Source: Methanobacteriota archaeon (GTDB lineage: Archaea > Thermoplasmatota > Poseidoniia > Poseidoniales > Thalassarchaeaceae). Taken from it: a stretch of DNA of 64,000 nt. Positions 27,190 through 35,562 of this stretch are shown here, piece by piece. The notes below the pieces were generated by a model. The model was not told the origin of the DNA. It ran no database searches and saw nothing but the letters and a program-made list of their open reading frames with translations. Position 1 is the stretch's first letter, and the number at the start of each line of letters is the position of its first letter. Location: the NCBI GenBank assembly GCA_004195615.1, contig PSPW01000002.1:58045-122044 (forward strand), in the 5' to 3' direction. The translations under genes were made by a program, and so were the position numbers.

Positions 27190-28212
27190 ATGGCAAAAAT
27201 GGCTCGAATAGGTGTTCTCGGACTCGGCAACTGGGGAACCGCCCTCGCGCTAGTGTGGTGCAAGGACGGGCACAACGTCCTAGGTTGGACCGTCGAGCAG
27301 GAGGTTTACGAGTCAATGATGACCGATCACGAGAACGAGAAGTACCTGCCGGGCTACAAGATTCCAGAACTGGATTGCACCATGGAGATCTCAGATGTCA
27401 CGGAGAGCTGCGAGATTCTGGTCCTAGCACTTCCCAGCTCAGTCATTCTAGAGGTTGTCGACATGCTGATTCCTAGCCTCAGGCCATCGCACCTACTCGT
27501 CGATCTGGCCAAGGGCCTTGCTCCATCGGACGAGGGTGGTTCTGGGATGATATCCGATGCCATAGAGAGGAGGCTCGCCGAAGCTGGAATGACCAATCAG
27601 GTCGTGGTGATGACCGGTCCCACTATAGCTCCCGAGGTCGCTCGAGGGGTGATTACCAACGCACTGGTAGCATGCCGTGACATCGGAGTGGCAAAGAGAG
27701 TCACCGAACGTCTCTCGACTGACTCCCTAATCCTCACCCCTGCTGAGGACCCGGTTGGGGCTGAGCTATGGGGGGCGTACAAGAACTGCGTTGCACTAGC
27801 ATGTGGTCTCGTTGACGGACTGAAGGACACCATAGGGGGTGACAACCTCAAGGCGGCTCTGGTACTATCGGGATACAGCGAGGGAATCGAGCTACTGGCG
27901 AAGATGGGGGCCGATTCCAAGACAGCCTTCGGGCCCGCGGGCATAGGAGATCTGTATGTGACGGCAACCAGCCCACGGAGCAGGAACAGGACACTAGGCG
28001 AGAAGTTAGGATCAGGGAAGAGCCTAGATGAGTCGCTAGAAGAGATGCACATGGTGGCAGAGGGAGTACGAGCGACTAGGATGTTCCTGAATAGGTCAGA
28101 GAGGATGAGTCACCCGACCCCGTTCCTGAGCACCTTAGGGAGCCTGTTGGATGGGGACATCGAGGTTGAGGACGCGGTTAGGAGAATGGCAGGGGCATAC
28201 GAGGTGAAGTGA
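27190..28212 (+). CDS. gpsA: NAD(P)H-dependent glycerol-3-phosphate dehydrogenase (bacterial-type GpsA)
   Basis: N-terminal Rossmann motif RIGVLGLGNWGTALA and GpsA family blocks throughout, 340 aa. Confidence 0.9.
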   Translation: MAKMARIGVLGLGNWGTALALVWCKDGHNVLGWTVEQEVYESMMTDHENEKYLPGYKIPELDCTMEISDVTESCEILVLALPSSVILEVVDMLIPSLRPSHLLVDLAKGLAPSDEGGSGMISDAIERRLAEAGMTNQVVVMTGPTIAPEVARGVITNALVACRDIGVAKRVTERLSTDSLILTPAEDPVGAELWGAYKNCVALACGLVDGLKDTIGGDNLKAALVLSGYSEGIELLAKMGADSKTAFGPAGIGDLYVTATSPRSRNRTLGEKLGSGKSLDESLEEMHMVAEGVRATRMFLNRSERMSHPTPFLSTLGSLLDGDIEVEDAVRRMAGAYEVK

Positions 28213-28232
28213 AACCATATCCGGTTCAATTA

Positions 28233-28685
28233 CTAGATTTGCTTCATTATTTCCAAGGTAGCACGGATCCAGTCAGCGGCATAGTCATCATAGTCCAAGT
28301 CACAATCTATCCTATTATTCACCCTAGAGCCGCCCTTTTCCTCAAGGATGGTGTCCCATTCCTTGCCTGACTCACAGAAGAACTCGAATGCAGTATCGCC
28401 CAAGGCGAGAACTGCATAGCTAACACCCTCCATGCTGCCCCCCTCAGATTCCTGCACAGAGTCGTACAGATCCTGTGCGTTTACAGGCTGCTCTCCCTCG
28501 CCCCATGTACTGCAGATAATGATTAGTCTCTTCGCAGAGGACAATGTTTTCAAAGAAATGTCTTCCATATCCATTACTGTTGGGTTGAGGTCGGATATTC
28601 CGGCCAAATGTCCTGCATCTTCCGCCAGCTCCTCAGCATTCCCAGTCTCTGTACCGAAGATTAGAAGTAAGTCTCTGTCATTCAT
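28233..28685 (-). CDS. Flavodoxin
   Basis: LLIFGTETGNAEELAE FMN-binding N-terminus. Track start 28694 is GTG; ATG at 28685 (MNDRDLLLIFGT). Confidence 0.85.
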   Translation of the reverse strand: MNDRDLLLIFGTETGNAEELAEDAGHLAGISDLNPTVMDMEDISLKTLSSAKRLIIICSTWGEGEQPVNAQDLYDSVQESEGGSMEGVSYAVLALGDTAFEFFCESGKEWDTILEEKGGSRVNNRIDCDLDYDDYAADWIRATLEIMKQI

Positions 28686-28752
28686 TGTAACCACTCAGCT
28701 ATGTCGTCCACTACAGAATTAGAATAAGCCATACTTTTCTTGTTTACAAACT

Positions 28753-29052
28753 TTGGAGGTTGTTGACGTAGACCGGTACGGATCTGAAAATGATGCTAGG
28801 GTTGATTTCCTTTACCTGCATCCGGGGTACATGGCTGTGACGGATCTAACAGATTTCGAATCACGGCTTCTGAAATGGATTTCAGCGTCGGACTTCATTG
28901 AGGTGGCATGGTCCACCAAAAGGGCTGCGGAGGCATTCAAGGTCGATGAGAAGGATGTGTACGAGGCATTGGCAGCATTAACACAGAAGGCCCGGGATCA
29001 CATACAGATTTTCTACGATGACGGGGCGATTAGAATAGTTGCTAACTACTAG
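28753..29052 (+). CDS. Hypothetical 99-aa protein (possibly small wHTH-like)
   Basis: ORF with TTG start between flavodoxin and phnE. Composition is protein-like, with no recognisable motif. Confidence 0.35.
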   Translation: MEVVDVDRYGSENDARVDFLYLHPGYMAVTDLTDFESRLLKWISASDFIEVAWSTKRAAEAFKVDEKDVYEALAALTQKARDHIQIFYDDGAIRIVANY

Positions 29053-29074
29053 CATCTCAACTTCCCTAGTTCTG

Positions 29075-29947
29075 TTATAATGCCCATGATGGAATAAGGA
29101 CTGACAGCCATTTTGGTCTAGAGACATCTCCTTCCTCGTTGAACTGGGACCTGGCTTTTATTGAAAGAAAATCGATGATTATTACAACTACGAAAATCAC
29201 AATCAGGTAAGCTATCACCTTGTCGTACTGGAGAAACTTGAGGTAGAGGTTGATGTAGTAACCAATCCCACCTGCTCCTACGATTCCTATTACTGTGCCA
29301 TGCCTAACATTATATTCGAACATAAAAATTGCCTGAGAAATCAAGTTATTCGCTTGCTCTGGAATTACTACGCCCAAAGCCTTCTCGATCTTCGTTAGAC
29401 CCATTGAATCTGCAGCTTCTAGGGAAACAATGGACATTCCTTCAATTGACTCATACTGGAGTTTACCGAGATATCCTACTGTATAAATTGTCATTGCAAG
29501 TATTCCCGAGAGCGGCCCAAGACCAACCAATATCACAAAGAAAATTGCCCAAATTATACTTGGGAGACTTCTGGAAGCGGCGAGGATAATTCGCGCTGTG
29601 TATGCCACAGGAGCAGAATTGAGGTTCCTAGACGCAAGAATCGAAATTGGAAGTGAAATCAGTACCCCGAAAACTGTGGAAACGAATGCAATCTTAATCG
29701 TCTCCACCATTCCAATCCAAGCAGTTGAACAAGTGAAGTCAACTAGGGGATAAGCAGTGCACACCGGATAGGCCCGAGGTTCGAGGATAGACCAATCAGG
29801 AGGCCAGAGTGACTCATTGAAGAATACTACTAGATTTCCCGGACCCCTAGATAGTCTCCCCCAGTCATCTACCATGCTATCCATCAACCAGAAGCAACAA
29901 AACAGAATCATTGGAGGTGCGATTACCCATCTCCCTCTACTCATCAT
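29075..29947 (-). CDS. phnE: Phosphonate ABC transporter permease
   Basis: PhnE-like 6-TM permease with EAA-type loop. Overlaps phnC by 4 nt. Confidence 0.85.
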   Translation of the reverse strand: MMSRGRWVIAPPMILFCCFWLMDSMVDDWGRLSRGPGNLVVFFNESLWPPDWSILEPRAYPVCTAYPLVDFTCSTAWIGMVETIKIAFVSTVFGVLISLPISILASRNLNSAPVAYTARIILAASRSLPSIIWAIFFVILVGLGPLSGILAMTIYTVGYLGKLQYESIEGMSIVSLEAADSMGLTKIEKALGVVIPEQANNLISQAIFMFEYNVRHGTVIGIVGAGGIGYYINLYLKFLQYDKVIAYLIVIFVVVIIIDFLSIKARSQFNEEGDVSRPKWLSVLIPSWAL

Positions 29948-30687
29948 ACTACCTCCAATGCAGTAGTCTGAGAGATGAAAGGGTTAACCCTACCATCATC
30001 GATCACGAGCATCCTGTCTGCGATTGATTTAGCCCTAGAAACATCATGATCCACTATGATGAGTGTTGCCGACTTTCTCCTTACATAATCAATGACCTCT
30101 GTCTGGACCTTTTTCCTCGTCTTATCGTCTAGCTCGCTAAGGAACTCATCGGCCAAGATAATTTGTGGAGATTGGGAGATGGCCCTAGCAGTAGCAACCC
30201 TCCTCTGCTGGCCACCTGAGAGTCTTCGAACGGGCTCGTACATTTTTTCCGAAAGCCCCATCCTCTCAATTGCATCCAAAGCGGAGTTTTTCGATTGTTG
30301 AGTTGGGAAAATACGAGAGGGCCCGGAATGGCCAGCTCTAGCTCCTAGCATGACATTGTGAAGAACGCTGGCGTGACGAACCAAACCTAGCCTCTGCGGG
30401 ATGTATCCAACGGATCCCCTAGTTGGTTTGAAAGGCAATTCTGAGCCAAAGACTCTCACGATTCCAGATATGGGTTTTATTAGACCTGCAATTGTCCTTA
30501 CTAGAGTTGTCTTCCCCACTCCAGAAGGACCCGTAATGACCACAATCTCCCCAGGGAAGATTTCGAGACTAGGGATGTCCACAAGAGGATTATTTTTGGA
30601 GTATCCAATTCTGACACCCTCGAGATAGACACTCGGATTCACTTTAGGATCTTTAGAATGCACGACAAGCCTCCAACTATTATTCAA
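29944..30687 (-). CDS. phnC: Phosphonate ABC transporter ATP-binding protein
   Basis: Walker A GPSGVGKTT and signature LSGGQQRRVATARAI. Start is TTG at 30687 or GTG at 30663, preceded by GGAGG. Confidence 0.9.
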   Translation of the reverse strand: MNNSWRLVVHSKDPKVNPSVYLEGVRIGYSKNNPLVDIPSLEIFPGEIVVITGPSGVGKTTLVRTIAGLIKPISGIVRVFGSELPFKPTRGSVGYIPQRLGLVRHASVLHNVMLGARAGHSGPSRIFPTQQSKNSALDAIERMGLSEKMYEPVRRLSGGQQRRVATARAISQSPQIILADEFLSELDDKTRKKVQTEVIDYVRRKSATLIIVDHDVSRAKSIADRMLVIDDGRVNPFISQTTALEVV

Positions 30688-30690
30688 TAA

Positions 30691-31830
30691 TTATGATGAA
30701 ATCTCAAACTTCTGATAGTAGTAAGCAGAGATACCTGGGACGTTGGAAATCAAACTAGAATAACTTCCAAGATGTTCTTGGGTGTTAACTCTCGTCAGAC
30801 CAGGGGTGTTCAGAACATTGAACAATATCTCATCTCCACAGGAGTTCTTGTCGGAAGTCGAGTCAATCTGGTCGATTGAAAGATCGTAACACCCGGTGAA
30901 GGTGCCCCCTATTACCGAGTAATTCACAACGTACATCTGGTTGTTCAGAGTCATCAGTGCATTGAGAACAGCGGTTCTAGACTGCATGTCCAGCATTTCT
31001 GGATTGTACATTAATGGATGGCTTGGGGCCTGACCGAAAGCAGGAAGGGAGACGTATTGGCTCATATCTAGGCACCAGACCTCGTCATCAACCGGATCTT
31101 CGTTGTCACAATACGACGCTATTGTGCTGTCTTTGGCAAAGGCGACGTCTCCGACTCCCTCTGAAAGGCATTTGACCGCCCCCCCGTATCCGTAATATGG
31201 AGTTCCTGAATCTGGAATCGAGGCGTTCTCATTGAAGAATCCGTAGATTGTATCTCTAAGGGATGCTACATCGTTGGGGTCTCCCACTACATTGGCATAT
31301 CCATGACCAATCAGATATCCCATGGGGAGTAACATACCCGCGGATTTCAACCACCCTGTGTGGCACGAGGTCTTGCCCTGTAGGAGTGCAAATGGGTCTG
31401 TATTTGGATCTCCATCAAGATGCGCAGCTGCGATATCGCTGTCAGCGAGTATCCAAGCACTGGCATCATAGTGTGTCCTACCGTCGCCCTTCAAATCAGC
31501 AGCCATAGCCGCTAATCCGTATTCCTTCCAGCCTACCCAAGCAGCACCACCATCCATGAATCCTATATCGGCATTTCCAAACCTGAGAGCTTCAATCATT
31601 GCACCATCTGAGTCGACGTTGTACAGAGAAACGTCGTAATTTAGCTCATCTGCTAGATAATCCGCTAATGATTGGGGATTCTCATTTGGATCTTCATAAT
31701 CATCCATAACCTGGTATGCGATTACCAGTGTTTCCAATTGTTCTTTGTCGACGTTCCCTGCGCATCCGACCAGAGTAGCACAAAATATCAGACCAACAAT
31801 CAAGCTTGTCAATGCCTTGTTTACATTCAT
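30691..31830 (-). CDS. phnD: Phosphonate ABC transporter substrate-binding protein, lipoprotein-type signal
   Basis: Signal peptide with LVGC lipobox-like cysteine. PhnD/SsuA-like periplasmic binding fold features. Gene order phnD-phnC-phnE. Confidence 0.8.
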   Translation of the reverse strand: MNVNKALTSLIVGLIFCATLVGCAGNVDKEQLETLVIAYQVMDDYEDPNENPQSLADYLADELNYDVSLYNVDSDGAMIEALRFGNADIGFMDGGAAWVGWKEYGLAAMAADLKGDGRTHYDASAWILADSDIAAAHLDGDPNTDPFALLQGKTSCHTGWLKSAGMLLPMGYLIGHGYANVVGDPNDVASLRDTIYGFFNENASIPDSGTPYYGYGGAVKCLSEGVGDVAFAKDSTIASYCDNEDPVDDEVWCLDMSQYVSLPAFGQAPSHPLMYNPEMLDMQSRTAVLNALMTLNNQMYVVNYSVIGGTFTGCYDLSIDQIDSTSDKNSCGDEILFNVLNTPGLTRVNTQEHLGSYSSLISNVPGISAYYYQKFEISS

Positions 31831-31913
31831 TTTAGGTCACCCTAAAAAATCGAAAATAGTGTACTTTATTAAATTTAGGTTAGCCTAAACTCACAATATT
31901 TTCCGATAGAGTC

Positions 31914-33926
31914 ATGTTCATGGGTGCTTTCATGAAACCTATGGGGAGAGTATCACGTGCCTCTGCGATTGCTCTTGTAGTAGTTTTCTTGTCTCCGATA
32001 GGACAATTCTATGATAATCAAGAAGTCATGATTGGGGCGCATGACCGGATGGAGCAATTTGGAGGTGGTGGATCTCTGGAAGAGCAATGCAGTTCGATTA
32101 CTTTCGAGGATATATTTCTCTACAACCAGGCAATTTTCGAGGTTCGTGTCAATGATGACTGGAATAGTGCCCAAGTAGATGCCAAGGCATGGATCAACTG
32201 GTCCCTTGCAGATGACATTAGAGAAGATCTGGATTCTTTCTTGGAAGGGATTGTACCATCGGGTGGTGATGGCTGGCTATCTTCGGATGAAATCGATGCA
32301 ATGGTTTCGATTGCTGCTGACTGCCTTGAGTACAGTATCACAAGGATAGGGATTCGAGATGGCTCCCCTCACAGAGGAGGTACAGGAGTGAGTTGGATGA
32401 ATACAACATGGGAGGATGATCAGACCAACATTGGCCATTTCAACGGAGTACCTCCTCGGCATTCACAAGCGAGGGACTGCCAGGGGTTTAGCCAGGATGG
32501 TTGCTCCGAGGTTCCAGTAGTCCCAACTTCGGAGAGAGATTGCGACACTGAAATTAATGAATCAATGGGAGTTGATGAGTGCAGAATCGAACTATGGCTA
32601 AATGCCACCATGATAATTGATGGGGTTTCTGATCCTAATGACTTCACGATTGCGTTCAATTCATCGAACATGAGCAATGCGAGACTGGACTTCACTTTCC
32701 CGGTGATGCCAGACCTGAGAATGGACATGTGGGAGGAGTGTGAAGGAAGGTTCGTAGGTGCTGAGGGAGATAATCCTCTCACAGACTCTGCTCCAATCAG
32801 AGGAAGTTGCTTAGGTGACGGTTCCGCAAATTATGAATTAAGAACCAACGACGATGGCAGTTTGACTTACTCACTCAACTCAAACTTCTCAAGAGAAGAG
32901 TGGCCATTGGGCGAAGATGTCTTTGCAGACTTCACGACATCTCCAATTCCTACAGATGAGGCCCCTACTTGGACCCAACAAGCACCTTCTGATGGCATCT
33001 GGATCCCAGTACTCGAGGAAGGGGCAACCAAGTTGTCAACCTGGGAAGATATTGCATCTTGGTTCGATGACGAATCGGGAGTTTCCAATCTAGATGTCGT
33101 CTGCAATTCCGGAGGTAGTGAGATTTCGCAGAGCATCGATGGTTCATTGTGGATCAACGTCGACGGAGTCTCAGAAGTCTCATGTGAGGCGATTGATGCT
33201 ACTGGAAAGTCCAGTGGGAACAGAACTTGGCACGTTGGAGTACCAGTTACAATTTCAACGACTGCATTAATCCTTCAAGAACAGCATCCCCTGAGAATTT
33301 TCCATTCGGAAGCATGGACTGAAGACGTAACAGTGCGCCTAACACTGACCCAGAACGGCCAGCATAGTGGGATTCAGGAATTCCACAAAGGAAATTCATC
33401 ATATCAGGACGTGGTAATTCAATCACAAGGAGTTGTTCCCGGTCCTGTCAATATTTGGATTGAAGTAGTGGTTGGAGAGTTTTCATCCCAGCAGACCTTA
33501 GATCTAGGTATTGTGAAGGAAAGTGCACCTCCTTCACTGACCATTGGCTCTGGCATATTTGATGGTAAAATGTGGAGGGTGGGCGGACAATTCAGTGACC
33601 CAGATGGCGAGATTGTAACTTTCACAATAGCAACCAGTGGGAAGGATTTGGGTCAGATTATGGTATCTGGAAATACCTGGGAGAGCGAATGGATTGATCT
33701 TAGTATGTTTACCTCAGAATTCGTCGAGGTGAAGGTCACAGGTTGTGACCAGTCAGGCAAGTGCACAACCACTAGCATTACCGTAGATATCTCATTAATT
33801 GCCGAAGAAATCCCAGACCTGCCGGATGAGAGTGAGGATTCAGTGGGCAGCATTCCCGCTTCGGGTATCCCCTCACTGGCCATAGCAATCTCAGTGGCAG
33901 TACTTTTCAGAAGACGGAGCGCATGA
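31914..33926 (+). CDS. 670-aa secreted surface protein with C-terminal TM anchor, unknown function
   Basis: Signal peptide (RVSRASAIALVVVFLSPIG), acidic Cys-containing extracellular region, C-terminal IPASGIPSLAIAISVAVLFRRRSA. Confidence 0.6.
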   Translation: MFMGAFMKPMGRVSRASAIALVVVFLSPIGQFYDNQEVMIGAHDRMEQFGGGGSLEEQCSSITFEDIFLYNQAIFEVRVNDDWNSAQVDAKAWINWSLADDIREDLDSFLEGIVPSGGDGWLSSDEIDAMVSIAADCLEYSITRIGIRDGSPHRGGTGVSWMNTTWEDDQTNIGHFNGVPPRHSQARDCQGFSQDGCSEVPVVPTSERDCDTEINESMGVDECRIELWLNATMIIDGVSDPNDFTIAFNSSNMSNARLDFTFPVMPDLRMDMWEECEGRFVGAEGDNPLTDSAPIRGSCLGDGSANYELRTNDDGSLTYSLNSNFSREEWPLGEDVFADFTTSPIPTDEAPTWTQQAPSDGIWIPVLEEGATKLSTWEDIASWFDDESGVSNLDVVCNSGGSEISQSIDGSLWINVDGVSEVSCEAIDATGKSSGNRTWHVGVPVTISTTALILQEQHPLRIFHSEAWTEDVTVRLTLTQNGQHSGIQEFHKGNSSYQDVVIQSQGVVPGPVNIWIEVVVGEFSSQQTLDLGIVKESAPPSLTIGSGIFDGKMWRVGGQFSDPDGEIVTFTIATSGKDLGQIMVSGNTWESEWIDLSMFTSEFVEVKVTGCDQSGKCTTTSITVDISLIAEEIPDLPDESEDSVGSIPASGIPSLAIAISVAVLFRRRSA

Positions 33927-34534
33927 AAATGAGTTTTTCTGGAAGAGTGAGCCGTGAGTCCCATTTAGGGGGATTGCTAATAGATTTCGAAGGCAAGCCA
34001 CCTCGACTAGGAGCCAGAATAAGAATCTCAGGGGGGAAGATCATCGGAAGGGTGGATACAGTTCTTGGGCCGGTTGGATCCGCACTAATACACATCCACC
34101 CCCTGTACAATGGAATAGATGCCAGGGCATCTGTCGGCTCTCCCGTCGAGATTGCCCCTAGAGATAATTCACATCAGGGACGCCCCAGAGGTAGACATTC
34201 TAGTGGAAATTTCCGTGAAAGGGGAGGTCCAAGGAAAGGTTCCTCTAGGGACAATGGTGGTCGAACCTTCCGTGACAACAAGGGAGTCGGGCGCGGGAAC
34301 AGGGGTTCTGGCGGCAAGGGTGGTCGAACCTTCCGTGACAACAAGGGAGTCGGGCGCGGGGACAGAGGTTCTGGCGGCAAGGGTGGTCGAACCTTCCGTG
34401 ACAACAAGGGAGTCGGGCGCGGGGACAGAGGTCCGAATCAACCAAGAAGAGGACCAAAAGGAGAAAATAGGAGCTCGAACAATTCTAGACGAAGAAGGGA
34501 TTCGGGTAAGAGTGGAAGGGGCAGGAGACGTTAG
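33923..34534 (+). CDS. gar1: H/ACA ribonucleoprotein subunit Gar1 with long C-terminal RGG/GAR-like tail
   Basis: ATGA overlap with the upstream stop. N-terminal approximately 80 aa match the archaeal Gar1 beta-barrel pattern (LGGLLIDFEG...IGRVDTVLGPVGSALIHIHP...SVGSPVEI). About 120-aa Gly/Arg-rich tail with three 21-aa repeats. Confidence 0.75.
   Translation: MKMSFSGRVSRESHLGGLLIDFEGKPPRLGARIRISGGKIIGRVDTVLGPVGSALIHIHPLYNGIDARASVGSPVEIAPRDNSHQGRPRGRHSSGNFRERGGPRKGSSRDNGGRTFRDNKGVGRGNRGSGGKGGRTFRDNKGVGRGDRGSGGKGGRTFRDNKGVGRGDRGPNQPRRGPKGENRSSNNSRRRRDSGKSGRGRRR
34256..34432 (+). repeat. Tandem 63-bp coding repeat (2.8 copies) encoding GGKGGRTFRDNKGVGRGDRGS units of the Gar1 tail
   Basis: Units start at 34256, 34319 and 34382. 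Copies 2 and 3 are identical and copy 1 differs at about 3 positions. Confidence 0.9.
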
Positions 34535-34596
34535 ACTCACACCCCAGCATTCTTCATCCGCCCTATTCTGCGTGTTTTGTGGAGAAGAGTGCCGAG

Positions 34597-35562
34597 ATGA
34601 TTTGGCTGGATGCCATAGAAGCTAACGAAGAGGGAGACAGGTCGACAGCACTGACCCTAGCCGAAGAAGTGGTTTCACTCGAAGAAGATCACGCTGATGC
34701 TTGGTTTGCTGTTGCTCAATGGACTCTGCCAATTGACTCACGTGGAAAGCAGGCGATGCCCAACATAATTCAGGCGTCCAAGTCTATGGCTTCAATCAGG
34801 AAGGTGGTCGAACTGGACCCTCAAAACGAGCATGCATGGAGGATCGGTGGAGAAATCATGGTCGGTCACTTGGGAATGCTCGAACATGGACTTGAATGGT
34901 GGGAAGGGAGAAAAGAAGCTGCACCAAGTGATGTACTTCCCTACTTCGAACAGGTTTCCATACTAATCAGACTTGGTTATTTCGAAGAGGCTGGCGAGTA
35001 CCTAGACGTCATGGACAGGCTAATCGAATCTCAACCCAGCAAGTCCCTGGAATCGAGGGCAAGGAGACTGAGAGGTATTTTCGAGGAGCAGGGTTCAATG
35101 GAGAAGGAACTGGGTTTTGAGCCACAGAACGGCAAAGACGATTCATGGGAGCTAATCAGCAGGATGAGGAAGAAGAAACCGATTACCGAGACTTACTTCC
35201 TCCTCATGTTCGTAATGCCCATCGTTTTCTTACTAGGTTCTGCGGCTATGATGCTGTTTGCAGAGGTGCCTTACAGCACTGCGATAGTGATGCTGCTAAT
35301 CATCGCAATGTACTTCGGGATTGCTCGCTTCTCCAGGAGGCTTTTGCTCAAACTGAACAGACCTGAGTCTTTCCTGAACAGGGCTATTGATATTGAGAGT
35401 TCTAGTGGTATGGTATGCGTCCCGAATGAGATAAGGGAGTCGAAACTCTACTCTCACGTAGTCAGAAGCAGAACACCGGCATACCAAGAAAGGCTGGGGA
35501 TAATCGAGGAGTCGAGTGAGCCACTCCCTAGGAAGTGGACCCTCAACGTCCCTGAGCTCTGA
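34597..35562 (+). CDS. Hypothetical protein with TPR-like N-terminal domain and two TM helices
   Basis: Track start 34579 is GTG. ATG at 34597 is preceded by GGAGA. Helical repeat region followed by hydrophobic segments (FLLMFVMPIVFLLGSAAMMLF, IVMLLIIAMYFGI). Confidence 0.5.
   Translation: MIWLDAIEANEEGDRSTALTLAEEVVSLEEDHADAWFAVAQWTLPIDSRGKQAMPNIIQASKSMASIRKVVELDPQNEHAWRIGGEIMVGHLGMLEHGLEWWEGRKEAAPSDVLPYFEQVSILIRLGYFEEAGEYLDVMDRLIESQPSKSLESRARRLRGIFEEQGSMEKELGFEPQNGKDDSWELISRMRKKKPITETYFLLMFVMPIVFLLGSAAMMLFAEVPYSTAIVMLLIIAMYFGIARFSRRLLLKLNRPESFLNRAIDIESSSGMVCVPNEIRESKLYSHVVRSRTPAYQERLGIIEESSEPLPRKWTLNVPEL

Noticed and set aside
27003-27476. 157-aa plus-strand ORF spanning the second tRNA and the gpsA start
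   Set aside because: Overlaps a tRNA gene and is out of frame with gpsA. Arg/Pro-rich low-complexity translation.
34256-34432. Could the 63-bp tandem repeats be a CRISPR-like or minisatellite non-coding array?
   Set aside because: Repeats are contiguous without spacers, are in frame, and encode a coherent RGG peptide continuous with the Gar1 domain. There are no cas genes nearby.
34119-34625. Alternative-frame ORFs across the Gar1 tail (34119..34625 +, 34169..34540 -, 34174..34407 -, 34245..34457 -)
   Set aside because: All are by-products of the 63-bp tandem repeat. The Gar1 frame has the conserved N-terminal domain and an ATGA-coupled start.
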